64,000 nucleotides of DNA from Lepidodermella squamata. Taxonomy: Eukaryota > Animalia > Gastrotricha. The notes beneath the pieces were generated by a model. That model saw only the letters and a program-made list of their open reading frames with translations, did no database searches and was not told the DNA's origin. The DNA lies in the NCBI GenBank assembly GCA_047495785.1, contig JBLDXI010000054.1, positions 62,001-126,000 of the forward strand, given 5' to 3'. Position 1 is the first letter of the stretch; every line of letters starts with the position of its first letter. Positions 25,827 to 39,805 of this stretch are shown one piece after another. The position numbers and the translations under genes are program-made.

Positions 25827-27447
25827 GTATGCGTAATATTTTTTTTGCATCGCATTTTTTCAATAACTTTTCAACCATGAGGAATGTTTTAAAATGGTTT
25901 TCACCAGTCGATAGATCTAGTCTGCGGTAAACTTTCCTCAAATTTTCATTAGAATTGGGTGCGAGAGAAAAAATTGGTGACGAAAATTCTGTCCGCGATT
26001 TTTATTGAAAATTCTCATTTTTGAAAAATGCTATTTGGGTGCCGCCGCGCGTGCCGTACAGAGGTGACACACCCACCTGCGATTGGTCAAAGAGGCATTA
26101 TGTAAAAACTATGCATCCTAAGAACGCAAATGAGCACTCGTTTTAGTCCTGAATATTTTTCGAGTGTCCTGCGCTGTTGTCCTGCTATGTAACGCTAGTT
26201 TCAAGACAGCGCCAGAGGGCAAAGTCGCCGTGACGTACAGAGAAAGTCGAGCAATCCTAAAAGTGACCCTATTTTGGCTAGCAGCCTAGCCCTCAAATAT
26301 CGCTCAGTCCCTGCGCCAAAAATCAGGCATACGCGTAATGACCCAGGTTTTCATGATTTGAAACTCAATATTGGCTAGCTGCCTTGGTAAGCCGTCAAAA
26401 AATTAATAACGCCGTGACGTACAGAGAAATTTGCTTTGTGACGTACAGATAATTCATGTTTTTCGCTATTAAAATGGAAACGCAGCCAGGTATCAGATTT
26501 TTGACGCGCGCAATCGAATCAGCGCACTAAAATACCCCTAGAAACAGTCATAGACCATAGCACTTTGGATAGTTATCGATTATCGATTATCGATTATCGG
26601 TGATTGATTTCCATGATTCGGGTGATGATTGGTCCAATTTCATGGTGATTTTTGAGTTCATCGCATGAAAATAACCAAGTATCACTGAAATCAGCATAAA
26701 ATCGCAATATTATCGATTATCGATAAATCGATCGATATCTGATCGATAAAAATAAAAATCATCTGATCGGCACAAAAATTATATTGCTGGAAAGTACTGA
26801 TTAAGGGGATCTCGAAAATCAAAAAATCTTTCATCTCGGATTTGTTTTGAGTGATTTATGACAGTTTCAATTTTTTCGCTCGAGATGACATTTTCGTGGC
26901 CGCACCCATTTCTGCATCTTATTTGATCTGAATTGATTGTCTCTCTTGCCAGAGGCTTCAAGTTTGTTTGAGAGGATGGTCCGTAATGGATCTACGTCAC
27001 TGATTCCTGAAAAAACATTGTACAACTATCCAAAACTGAAGGCTTCATAAAATTGGCACAAATCATTCAAAAAAATCCGAAAATTCATTTCGGATCGCGG
27101 TTGGTGGATAAGACCTTCTTTGTGGCAGCTAAGTCGAATTTCGTTGTTGACGGCGCGTTATTGACCTAATTCCCTGCTAAAACAAATTCCGATAAAGCCT
27201 TTCAACAGGATGGTGTCTTCCAACATCAAATCCTGTGAAATGCCATTTTTCAAAAATGAGAATTTTCAATAAAAATCGTGGACAGAATTTTCGTCACCAA
27301 TTTTTTCTCTCGCACCCAATTCTAATGAAAATTTGAGGAAAGTTTACCGCAGACTAGATCTCTCGACTGGTGAAAACCACTTTAAAACATTCCTCATGGT
27401 TGAAAAGTTATTGAAAAAATGCGATGCAAAAAAAATTTTACGCATAC
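25827..27447. mobile_element. Non-autonomous DNA transposon with ~205-bp TIRs
   Basis: 25827-26030 is inverted at 27243-27447; flanks are TTAA and TTTA; internal (TTATCGA)n; no ORF. Confidence 0.75.
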
Positions 27448-27633
27448 TTTATGTTAGTAAGTAGACCAGCTGTGGAGTAACAAGAGTAGCGCTGCGAACG
27501 AAAAAATAAAAACAACGCAAAATCTGCCTGATTTCAAGAGCGCTGATTTGTCAAGGCGTTTTCAAGGCGCATTGTGCACTCTCAGGTGTGCGATCGTGTT
27601 TTTAGCCATGAATTTCGTACCCTAAGACTTTTA

Positions 27634-28300
27634 CAGCAAATTTTCGATATAGTGAACGCTGTTCGTGCCATCAAGTTTGTTCACAATAACGAAATTCCAC
27701 CATAGTGATAGTTGAAAAAGAAAACGTTTATATGTCTTCAAAGCTCCTAATATTACTGCTAAATGCATCGGCGGCGTATATATAATCGAAAAACCTGATT
27801 CTTAAGCGAAACGTAATCAGTAATAGTCATTTGAACAGTTCTGATAGTCGCCAACAGCTCGGGGCCCGCTCCTTGAAGCTTCTTCAAGGGGTGGGCCTGA
27901 CAAGCCCTGACGAGCCCTGACAACTGACAGCTGTTGGCCCGTCTGAGTCGAGTGAAATTGCGCTCAAGACCCTTAATCTACGCTCGGGATTCACCAATTT
28001 TGGAAGCTTGAGAACGATTTTCATGTCTTTTTACAGTTCATCAAGTTTTTGAAATCGTTTTTGAAGAATTTATTTTTCAAAATTTAGCCTCGTTCATTAT
28101 ATCGCTCGCTAAACACGTGTTTTATATGGCGCATGCGCCATAAAAAGCGTTTACAATGACGATTGTTCACTATATGTGTCGTTCACAATACCGATAGCTA
28201 TTATAAGGTAAATAGGTAACTTTGAGCTGCGTGCCAGCAAAATCGTTCACTGCAGCGATAGTTCACTATAAACGGCTATCACTATAACGATAATATACTG
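27634..28300. mobile_element. pogo/Tigger-like MITE
   Basis: Imperfect CAG...CTG TIRs with TA TSD; interrupts a segment that is contiguous at ~12640 and ~19390. Confidence 0.65.
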
Positions 28301-28680
28301 TATATTTACAGGTGCTCGCAGGAAACACCCAAGATCTGGGTGTTTCTTGGTCAACGATGACGGAACCATGATTTGCGATTTAATAAAGTAAAATTAGGAC
28401 AATTAAATTCGATTCTACAAATAATGTTCATAACCAAAGATAGCTGTCAATTTAGGAAAGGCAGTTTAATGCTGGCTGTTTCAAATTTTCCATCCTGGCC
28501 AGCCTCCAAGACTGGGACTTGTCCCCAGCGTAATACCAAGCGTAGTAACGAGACGAGTAGTAGTTGTACTAGTAGTTCCGACGCTAGTCCTTGTTGTAGC
28601 AGTGGTCGTTATCAAGTAAAACGGCATCGGTTTAGCAGTAACAGCTCCAGCGGCTTCGAGTGCGGCTATAGCCCGTGTAT

Positions 28681-29797
28681 TATATAATATACGGAAGACA
28701 AGAAGGGTATATGGGTTTATAATCGCCTGAAGGCTTATATTTCGGCCTGAGGCGCAGCCGAAGGACGAAATATCAGCCTGAAGGCGATTTTAAACCCATA
28801 TAACCTGATTGGCTTCCGTATATGTGTGTTATCCGGGTCGTATCGTAAAATTTTTAGGGTTACTAGTATTGTATGGTACACTCTCGCTGAATTTCTATTG
28901 CTATAATTTGAAATTGAAAAATCCAACTTAAAAAAATCATGAAATTTGTTTCTTGCTCATTTTATTCTCGCATTCTTCATTTTGCGAGTTTTTTTGGTTT
29001 GTTTTCCACATCGAATTTCCCGCATTTCTCGCATGCTCAACAAATTGCTGCTACTTAATCACAAAATTGGGCTGTCGGACGCAAGATGGTTCTGCTCGGT
29101 TGGCTTTGGATGGCTATCAATGCGACTTTCAAACGACCCTTCGACTTTCGAACGAAAGGCTGCTATTTGCCATGGTGTCGCTCGATTTTCGAACCATGCC
29201 GTTCTGTATCTTCTTGCTTTCAATGTCGCAATCGATGCCCTGTTGCGATTTGGATTCTGGGATCCAATGCTGCCTGAGCTGTCTTCGATTTCATCGAAAG
29301 CTGGCCGATTGTTGCTTGATGCCCGCGACATCCGGGACGAATTCTGCTCTTTTGTCGCGAATTTCCGGACGAATTCTGCTCAATTTTCGCGAAATTCTGG
29401 ACGAGTTCTGCCCGATTTTGCGAAATTCTGGACGAGTTCTGCCCGATTTTGCGAATCTCTGGACGAGTTCTGCCCGATTTTCACGAGCTCGTGGCCAAGT
29501 GCTGTTCGATGGGGGTGAATGCTGCCCGATTTGATACCGGTCTCGCGCGTTTTCTTCCGGAGTTCTGCCCAATTTTTACCCCATTTTTGTGATTTTCAAT
29601 AAAATCTTTTTGAAGTGTTGCTTGAACTTTTTCGGGTTTCTCTTGTGTGTTTGACAAGTGGGGTTTTTGGTGATATTTTCTGGACAAGCGGGCATTTTTT
29701 GATATAAAAATATCAAAAAATCCCTGCCTGGAAGAAGGTTTTATGAGTTTATAATTCGGCCATTAAGAAGGCATATTTTACGATACGATCCGGATAA
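28681..29797 (-). mobile_element. Helentron/DINE-1-like non-autonomous element
   Basis: No TSD, inserted at a TT. Asymmetric 23-bp inverted repeat (28829-28851 vs 29775-29797), terminal stem-loop 28687-28822, internal ~31-bp tandem repeat at ~29335-29490. Confidence 0.6.
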
Positions 29798-30695
29798 TGC
29801 TGTATATCAGCGCTAAATCAAGCGGAGAATAGCCTTCGTCATTCAGCGAATTGAAATTAGCTCCAGCTTCAATCAACTCGTTCACATTTAGTGTGAATTC
29901 GCGAGCTGAGAGGATGTGCAGAAGAGTATCTCCCCTGCGTAGTTTTCGATTGATATTGTACCCTTTTTGAACTAGAAGCTTGGCAAAACCGTAAAAATTG
30001 CGGTATTTTGGAATAACGGTCAGGCACGTGTCGTTGTTTTTGTTTTGAGAATTCACGTCCAGTCCAGTCAAATTTGCAAAGACCCTAACTCGGGAAAGAG
30101 CGAAATCGGCATTCTTACAGGTCAACAAAAAGGCATTATTCCCATCAATGTCAACAACCGATAAATCCGCACCTGAAGCGATGAGGAGATCAGCTACACT
30201 TTCCTTACTTTCACTGGCTGCAATCATTAGCGGAGTTTTACCAGTTGATTCTCGTTCTTCTAGGCCAATGCCAGGAGTTGCGATCAATAATCTCGCCAGA
30301 TCAACGTCATCTACACGTGCAGCTAGATGTAGCAGTGTATAATTTGCGTATCCGTATGAGGTTGAATTAATCCTGATTGTAACATCGGCCCCTTTCGATA
30401 TCAGATATTCAAAGACTTGAACGCGATCTGACGACTTTAAGTACATGGCTGCGACTACAAGTGGAGTCCTGCCTTCGGTATCCTTGGCCGAAACAGAATT
30501 CCCGGCCTCCTCAATAGCGAATTTCACCACAGGGAGAGCAGGGATCACAGAGATCCGGCAAGCCTCGAAAATGATTTGATCCAAGTTTTTCGAAGCTCCT
30601 TCCGAAACGAGGAATTTAACGATTTCAAGATTCGTTGCCGTAGCGTCGAGAATCGCCGTTCTTCCGTTCGCTTCCATATCAACATCTGCTACGAA

Positions 30696-33600
30696 CTGCT
30701 ACATAAATAAAACTACGACATGCTAACTGCTCTACACCGACTAGAAATCGCGAAAAATCCTAGAAATTAAGATCAACAATTTCAACGAAAGATGGCTAGA
30801 CGATAACGATGATTTTCAAATCCCAAATTTTACTGTTTTCAGGTTAGATAGGAAGGAAAAAGCGGCAAATAATGTTATGTACGGCGGCGTGGCAATAGCA
30901 GTGAAGAACTCAATTCGAGTGGTCGAAGCATTCCAATACGCAACTGACCACAGCGAGTGGCTCGCGCTCAAAGTGGCAGATTCAAACGGTCGAAAGCTCA
31001 CAGTTGCAACTGGATACAGCTCTCCAAATTACCCTCTTGATCTTACTTTTTTGAACATAGCTTTAGGTGGCAAGACCGACCCAAACCAACCATGCTTATT
31101 TGCCGGCGACCTAAACTGCTGGCACCCCACGTTATCCGACCCCATCAGCAAAAACCCAGCAGGAACCGCCCTGGCAGCATGGCTAAACTCGGAAGGTCAC
31201 ACTCTGATGAGCGGCGGCACCCCAACCCACTTCTCGCACAGTGGTTGGCGAATCAGGCGGTGCTCCCACTCCTTACGGGTCCGGCCGTGGTCGAGGACAA
31301 GTACGGCAGCGACCACTGTGCCACAAGAATTAAAGTGAACTTTCGAGCCAGTCCAGACCCCCCGGAAGCGGCAAGCAACTACGAACCTAGACTCGACTTT
31401 TTCAAAGCCAATTGGACCCGCTTCGAGGAGCGGCTGAAGCATTGGCTCGCGGAGATCGCCGACCCTGTTAAACCCAAGCCAGGAGACCCGGTCGAAAGCA
31501 TCGAGACTTACTCGGACGCGATTGTCGAAGCAATCCAGCGGGCGGCAGCCGAAACTATACCCAAAAGTAAGGAATACAAGCTTTCAAGCTGGCGTCTCAC
31601 AAAAGAGATTGCTACGCTACTAGAGCAAAGAAATAAATTACAGCGACTTTTTGACAAAACAAATTCCTCCGAAGCCAAATCCAGTGTGAATAGGCTGAAC
31701 AAAGAAATCAAAATTCTGATTGCTCAAGAAAAACTTCGTGCTTGTGAAAAATTTCTTCAAAGGCTAGCTAGACTATTCAAACAGCATCAGACAAGGCAAG
31801 CGTGGCAAGCCGTAAACGGCCGTCTCATAGGACGACGCCGAAACCGTAAAATTGCTATCTTAACCAACTCGAAAGGCTTAGGAGTCACCGACGATGCTGC
31901 CAAATGCGAGCTACTTGCCGAAACATTTGGTAATGTTCTGAAAGGTCCGCCGATTACCTCAAATTTGACAGAAGACCAGCGATTTTGGGACCAAACTACC
32001 GACGACATGTCAAAAAGCGAAGCAATGAAGCCCCTAGGTGTCATACCCAAGCGGGTCCAGGTAAGGGTACCGAAATGGGCGGTAAGGCAAATGATGAAAT
32101 CGCTCAAATGGAAGGCTCCGGGCCGCGACAACGTGTCTAACGTCCTACTGAAACATGGAGGTAAGAATTTGGCCAAACATCTGAGGTATCTGTACCAGCT
32201 CAGCTTAAACTGCGGCTATGTACCGAAAAAGTGGAAAGTCGCCATCATCATCCCAATTCTCAAAGAGGGTAAGGACTCGAGGTTGCCGGACTCCTACAGG
32301 CCGATTTCTCTTCTGCCAGCGATTGCAAAAGGTCTCGAAATTGTTGTTGCCAAGTTTTTATATCGATTTTTAATCCTGAACAATTTACTACCACGACACC
32401 AATTCGGTTTTCAACCACTACATTCTACCAACGACCCCTTATTTTTATTTATCAGCGATGTAGGCCTCTCGATACCGAAACGTAAGAAACTTGTTGCACT
32501 TTTACTGGATTTTAAAGCAGCTTTCGATTGTATTTGGCACGACGGGCTGCGTCTCAAGCTAGAGCAGTCGGGGGTACCGGTGCCAATAGTAAGGTGGGTC
32601 TCTGACTTCCTGCGTGGCCGATCATTTCAAGTGCGAGTGGGAAGCGAGCTATCTGCAACGAGGAACATCTATTGCGGCGTGCCGCAAGGCTCGCCCTTGT
32701 CACCGCTTCTTTTCATTTTTTATGCCAACGACATGCAGCCCAAAAGCTGTAACCCCGATGACGGAGCACGTCGTGTCGCCAAAGGCACTTACGCCGACGA
32801 CGCCATCAACTGGGCATATGGCGACAACTACAATGTCTGTGTCAAGCGCCTGCAGAAAAGGCTCAGTGCCACCGAAAGGTGGTGTAAACGATGGCGGCTA
32901 ATGCTGAACCCGCAAAAATGCGAGGCCATCATCTTCGGCCACTACGGAAATACACCTCCCTCAATCCATCTCGAGCTGTATGGCCAAGCCATCCCTCAAG
33001 TCAACCAGGTGCGGTATCTGGGCCTGCATCTGACCCCACAATTGTCCTGGTCGCATCACATCGACGTAATCGCGTCAAAGATCCGACAACGCGTCGGGTC
33101 TCTGTATGGGATTTTAAAAACTAAGTTTTTACCCAAAAGGGTTTGTGTTTTGTTTTACCAGACTCTTTTGGAGCCGATCCTACTTTACGGTGCGCCTGCC
33201 TGGTCCTGCCTGAGCCCTTCATCCTTGAGCCGCCTGGTGGACCTACAAGCCTACTGCCTGAGAGCCCTTTTGAGCCTTCCTCACGAAACTCACCCTATCG
33301 ACGTCATAGCATTTGCCGGAGTCCCCGGCATCGACCTCAAGTTTGATGAAGCCCTAAAGAGATACGGCGAGCGCTGTCTCGCTAGCTCACTCGTAACTGT
33401 CAAGTATCTAGACCACATATCGACCCTGACACCGTCTACCGATACAGCACATGAAATTGAAAAACGCTGCCCAGCGTGGCATATCGAATCGTCGAAATCA
33501 ACCGAAGCCCGCTTACAACCTCTAAATCGACCCCAGGAACTGGATAACATTTGACACCAATTAACTACACACGCTCGTTTTTAATATGTTTTATAAACTC
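30696..33600 (+). mobile_element. LINE (non-LTR retrotransposon) ORF2, APE endonuclease + reverse transcriptase
   Basis: APE motifs GGVAI, GDLN and GSDH, with a frameshift near 31245. RT motifs KAPGRD, YRPISLL, QFGF, GVPQGS, YADD and YLG in ORF 31092-33554. Confidence 0.92.
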
Positions 33601-36600
33601 CGTTTTGTAAATTCATCAGATTTTTCTAAAAACTTCCACATGAATATTTTATCGACTACTTTAACCTAATCTACGTGGCATAAGTTATCGCGCCTAGAGC
33701 GCCGAGAGGCGGATGGTTGTACAAATAAAATCTCGATATGCCAATTTTCTGGTGCAATTTGCACTGGCAAAGATGCTATCTCTAATCTTTCCTCGGCTGA
33801 AAACCAAATTGACGCTTGGAATTTTCGCGCCTATTAAACTAAGCAATTTGCGGTAGGTCGATCGCGTAAAATTTACCAAAAACCAAATTAATTGACAGGA
33901 ATGAGTTGATTCCGTTGAAAGGAATTTAAAAGGTCATGCATAACGACAGCTTTTAGAAAAAGGTTCCCCCATCGATAAAGTAAACTATTACATCATATTT
34001 TTATATTGCACATTTTCCGTTATGCTGTTATATTAACTAATTGTAACCTACCGAGATGAGGGATTCATTCCGCACAGCTTTCACGGCTGATCGGGTAGTT
34101 GTGCTGGTCTTCATTGCAGCCGTTGATCTTGCCTTGAAAATAGCTCCAACAATCGGCTGCAGACCATCATTTATTGCCTCGTCGCTAGGTGTCAATGGCC
34201 AAATCTTAGCAGAAGCTATTGCTGCTGATGTCGTCGAAAAAGTGGAAGAACTCGTTGTTGTAGAAGTTACGGGACTGGTCGATGATCTCTTGACTAACTC
34301 ACTGCCCAAGGCAGCCCCTCGTCTTCTCAAATTGCCGATACTGAATTCATCTTTCCACATTGTTGCGACGTCCAAGGCAGTTTCGCCCCTGTCATTTGTT
34401 GCATTTACATCAACGCCGAAATCGAGCAAGGCCACAAGAGTATGCTCCCGATCTTTTGACAATGCTGCTGCGGACATTAGTGCGTTATAGCCCGAATAAC
34501 CCCTAAGGTCGAAATTGTAGCCTTTACTAGCCAGGTACTGTATAATTTCAACCAGGCCTAAGTCACCCACCTGCCAACTATTTCGCCATTGAAGGCGATA
34601 GTCGCAAGGTGCAAATTTCGACCTTGAATTGATGTAATTTTGTCCGATTTCGATGGCAAACTTGATAAAAGTTAAATGGACCGGGCTTGAAGGATCAATT
34701 CGACAAGCTTGAAGCAACATATTATCGCCTTCGTCATTACGAGCCTGCCTTTCGGCTCCTTGGTCGATCAAGTATTGAAGTAAAGCAAGGGAATAGCCAG
34801 TCTTTGCCGCAATCAGCAAAGGCGTGTTGCCTTCCTTGTCCCTCGCATTGACATCCATCTTGAACTGCTCGACCAGTAATTTAGCAAACGGCACGGGATC
34901 AGCAGTGTCAACCCGGCAAAGTAAGTGAAGGGCAGTTTGTCCGGCGGAGCTTCTGGAATCTGGCGATTCGAATGGTAACAAGTAGTAAACAAGCCGGAGA
35001 TATTCTTGAGTGATTGGGCCGTCAAAAGCAACCATCAACGCTGTTTGGCCCTTCTGGTCTCGAACATCAGTCCTTGCTCTGTACTTTTCAACTAGCAGTC
35101 TCACTAGGTCCAGCCGGCCATTTCTCGCTGCCCAGAGAAATGGAGATTCCGAATCAGCCCTGGTATCGATCACCTCCTCGACATTTTGACCGCTTTGCTG
35201 TTTGTAGGAGCCATTCGCATTTGCGCCATTTTGTAGTAGCAGTTCCACCATTTCGTAGCTCTGATTTGTTCGAATTGCATTGACTAAAGCCGGTGCTCGG
35301 TTTCCTGGTCGGTAAACTGCCGGGGAATTTGCGTTAACAAGCCCCAAATTCAAAAGTTGCTGAACTGAAGAGATTTGTCCCGACATAACAGCTTGGTTGA
35401 AAGCCTAAATCGATCACTTAAAACCTGAAGAACCTAAATATGGCCAAGGTCTTACGCTGTCGTAATCGATCGCCCTTGCGTGAATGATCGCACCCGTGAA
35501 ACATATTTCGAAGAAAATTACGTAGATCATTTAACTTCAAAATTGAGATTTTAAAGAGAAATTTCAAACAATGCTCAAAACAACGAGGTTTCAATGTTTT
35601 TTTCAGCTATCATTAGGCAATAAAATACGATTCTACTACGGCATTGCTGAGCGTGGTCGGCCACGAGGTTTATTCACCTTAGGGGATTGTGTATTTTCTA
35701 GTTAGGTAAACGGCAATCATTCGACAACGAAATCTTTAAAATATTTGAAAAAACGCCCGAACCTTGGAGACACGAATGATTTTCATCTATTATTAAGATA
35801 TAAAACACGATACTACTGCGGCATTCTTGCCGAGCGTGGTCATCCAGGTTTGCCAAAGAGGTTTTTTCATGTGGGATTCGTCTTTTTCTTCTACTCAATA
35901 ACGTGACGCCATGGTGTGTTTAACTCTGCGTCGTGTTTACATGGTCACCCAATTTCGCATCATGACCACTGTTTACTGAGATTTTGAATTCTGACAACAT
36001 TTCCCATCATTTTGAAATCTGGCTACATAGACCAAATATTTATGCACTTTACCTTCTTATTGATATTATTGTATATTTTGAAATCGGAAGGAGAGGAAAA
36101 AGAGGTATAACAGGCCACGCTAAGGTTCGCTGGGTGATCCTTACCCTTTGACGAAGGAGGACAGTTCTGTTGATATTCGGTAGCTGAAATCGGGTGAGAG
36201 TGCAGTAAACAAATGGAGAACATGGCGTGATTACTCCGGTTGCAGCGTCCCTTAAAACGACCAGCTCCCGGTCAATGTCCATCAATCTGAAACAGCTCAG
36301 ACCTGCAGGGAAGCCACCTACTCGCACTTCTACGAAAAAAATGCTGCAAAATTGAAATTAAAATGAAGCTCTATATATTCTATTTTTATATTTCCTTATC
36401 CACGGTAAAAAAACGGTGAGCTGCCGTTGTTGTAATATTGTTTCGTTTTCCTTCTGGTTACGTCGCTGTTACTGTACCAGCAATGCGGTCCAGCGCGGCT
36501 CTAATCTCCTACGCGGTTTTACGATAGCCGATTTATGGTCAAATTATATAAAAATTATTTGCATAGCCGGCATTACCCGGGATGACGTTCAATCCGCCAC

Positions 36601-37221
36601 CAATTTCGACGTTTGTTGTAGTCTGCTACTGATTTCGGCGTTTGTTAACCTGCATCTCTGTTGTAAACCTGTATGGTAGCCCTCATCAAATCCTTTCCCC
36701 TTTCCCGCCAATCGCGATAAAAGGTATGGGAACATTGAAGCGCAGAGAAGCGCCCTCTTCTTTTCCTAATGCAGCAGCCGCTGAGACTTCAAACCAATCC
36801 TCCCATCTTCCATGGTCAACCAAGGGAGAGTTTTCGAGAATGCGGGCCTGCCGGACGGATTAATCAACTCATCTACAACTACATGATACTAGATGATACT
36901 ACAACTTGTCTCCAGTCTTTTTAATTACACTTTGAAAAAGTGGCGGTTATTTTGTCTTCCAGTGAAGGGTGATGAGAGTGATGCTAAGTGATTGAGGTTG
37001 ATGCAGACAGGTGATCGTAATCAGGAATAAAAAGATCTCAATTTATCATGATTGCAAGTGAGAATTTAAAGCTACGGCGCATGCGCCGTTTCATGACAAT
37101 TTCTGATCGCAAGTGAGATCTCACTTTCAGCGCGCATGCGCGGTAATGATAAATTGTTTTATTGCTACGTGCGTTCGCATGATTTTAGGGTAGCCCAAAT
37201 TCACATGCGCGCGCATTATCA

Positions 37222-38694
37222 GTGAGAATCATGAAAAATTTCTATCCGGGCAGTTCTCGCGTTGCCGGCTTCGCCCTTCTTGCCGATGAGCGGAAGGCAA
37301 ATCTTCGAGTCGTGTTGGAAGAATTCAAGAAGTTCTACCAGCCAGACTTCTTCTTCGTCGACAAAGACTTTGATCAGATCGATCTTCTCGAGGAGATTTT
37401 TCCGAATGCCAAGGTGAGTATTGAAAATTTTCACCGACTGGGTTCTATATTCGATTTTTCAATTCGATTTTTCTCTGTTCATTTCATGTTCTCAAATACA
37501 TGAAAGTCGTTATCGCCACTCTTCAGAACCCGGCCGTTGCTGACCTCCTCGATTTCAAGAGCAGCGTGTTCGAGGCCTTGAAGCGACTGCTGAATGCGCG
37601 CACCCATAGGCGGACGTCGTTACGTCGAATGGTGCCAGTTGATCGGCGATGTAACTGTTAAAATCGCCCGCTCCGAGCCGCAATCGTTGCGCGACTACAT
37701 ACTTCGATCGCTGCTGGATGCCGAACAAGATGGTCGCCATGTGGGCGCTTTACCACCGTCGCTACCTTCCGCTCGCCTTCATTAACACCACCAATCTCAT
37801 CGAGCGGCTATTCGGCGACATGAAAGACTAAATCAAGGACCTGTTGCCCGCCCGTCCTTCCTGCGCTGAACTCGTTCCCTTGCTTCTCGATTTTCATCAG
37901 ACTAAACGCGACGAGGCTGTTTACGCGGTGTCTCGAATTCATCCTTTGAGCCAATTTTTTCAAAACGAAATCGACCAAGCTGTTCTTCACCTTTCCAAGT
38001 GAGTCGAACTCGATTTCTTTTCAGACTTCTGTTTAATTGTTACCTTTTATTACAGCTATATGGCATCCGTCTTTATCACAACGCTCTCACAACGCTCGAG
38101 ACTAGCGTCAATCTGCTGAAACTCATGCACGGCGGCGGTGTGCGACATCATTACCCAAATGGCGCCGTCGGCGAGTATCAAACGACTGCGAACTCTTGCA
38201 CGTGTTCAATTTTCGTCCAATCACGTGCGCCTTGTTGTCACGTTCTGTTCTATCGGCAGAGGTTCGACGAGCCGCTTTTCGATCTTGCGTTGTTCAATCA
38301 GTCGTACCACCACCCCATCGTCAACGACCAGCCGATTGTCACCGGACAGGTCAAAGACAGCTCGAGCCCGCTCAATTTCGATCTGGATTTCGACGAACAG
38401 TTGAACGAGATCGGTTACGAGGAGGCAGTGCGCCAGGCCCAACGGCCCAAGAAACCGTCCGATCCAGCCGTCCGGTATCGCGGAGTTTTCGACATTCTCC
38501 GTGTTCTAGCCGAGTTGACCGCGAATCATAGCGGTAAGCTGTACGATCACTACAAGGCCGAGTTCGAGCACCTGCTCTACTTCGTTCGCGCTGTCAAGCC
38601 GATCAGTATCTCTGACGGGCAACTCGACATGAAAAAAGGTTTGTCTCATCTGCCACGTCATTCTACGTCATTAAAATATGATTTACTGTTGTAG
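37222..38694 (+). mobile_element. Decayed Mutator/MULE transposase with SWIM zinc finger
   Basis: FFVDKD....LEEIFPNA MULE core followed by a frameshifted LC.FH-like segment; SWIM motif CTC...PCCH; stops and frameshifts. Confidence 0.75.
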
Positions 38695-39726
38695 AGCCGC
38701 TCGTTACCTCGCAACTTCCGGCCTCGCCCGCACCTGCTCTCTCGGCGTGCGACCTCTCTGAACCTGGCGCCTCCGCCGCCTCGCCGCTCGATTTATCGCT
38801 CGTTCCATCGCCTCCCATCTCGCCGAGTCGATCAGAAGCATCGTTGCCCCAGTTCTGCGTCGATTTGAACTTGAAGCGGGGGGATCTGGCGATCCTGGAA
38901 GACAGCGAAGCCTACCTCAACAACCGCCACATCGACGCCGGCCAGAAGTTGCTGAAACCTTGTGAGGAATAGTGTTATGGAGACCACACTCATGGATAAA
39001 GCTGTTAACGCAAAATGGAAAATCAATAATTTGTGGATGAGGCAAAAAATCAGCAAAAAATGGTTATTTACAATTTATTACGCACCCTTTTTCAGCCACT
39101 CGCCATTACGCTCGTAAAAAATGCCAGTATCAGGTAGTAGGCGACACTTTTCACCTACTTGGATGCGGATGTTACCAATTTTGAACACATTTTCAGAATC
39201 CTCAGCTCATTTCCAATCGTATCCATGTAACGAAAATTTCTAATTTCCATTTTCAAGCTACGGCCGTGACTGAACCCGGTGAGTCGGCTCCGAAGAAAAC
39301 GAAGAAAGAGAAAGCGCCTGTCAAATTTACGGTCGACAGTGAAGTCGTCAGCTTTAAGGCCGGCTGTACGACCTCCGGGCGTCCTAGACAGAAACGCCAA
39401 CTCGGTTTCAAGGGCAACTTTAACAGGAAATAACTGTGATGATTTCTCGTATAATCTGTAATCTCGCTAGCTCGATTTCACTTTGTCTAATAACTTGTAT
39501 CAACACAGCAACATGCTGAATAAACACTGTTGCGCCTTTTGTAGCAAACACGGCTTATTTCCTTACCTTTTGTATTGGGTGTAGCGAGTAAATTAACCGC
39601 ACCCGCTCTAACGCGCCACATAGGGTGTCGCTAGCAAAATGTATGCACCCTAGGGGTGCAGCGAGCAAATTGGATACACCTGCGCGCGGGTGCAAATAGC
39701 ACACTCGTTATTATTTCATATTAAAA

Positions 39727-39736
<10 letters not shown>

Positions 39737-39801
<65 letters not shown>
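39737..39801. repeat. (TA)n microsatellite
   Basis: About 30 TA units with one interruption. Confidence 0.95.

Positions 39802-39805
<4 letters not shown>

Larger units (their letters stand above)
28481..35530 (-). pseudogene. Double-ankyrin copy 3: exon 1 (35530-35456) and exon 2 (35404-34052) intact, exon 3 broken (30695-29798 and 28680-28481)
   Basis: The 5' part and acceptor of exon 3 are missing at the LINE junction, and a second insertion splits ALIY/NTRAI. Tail ends GGWPGWKI. Confidence 0.85.

Noticed and set aside
28946-29572. ~190-aa ORFs with repeated motifs
   Set aside because: Produced by the 31-bp minisatellite inside a non-autonomous element.
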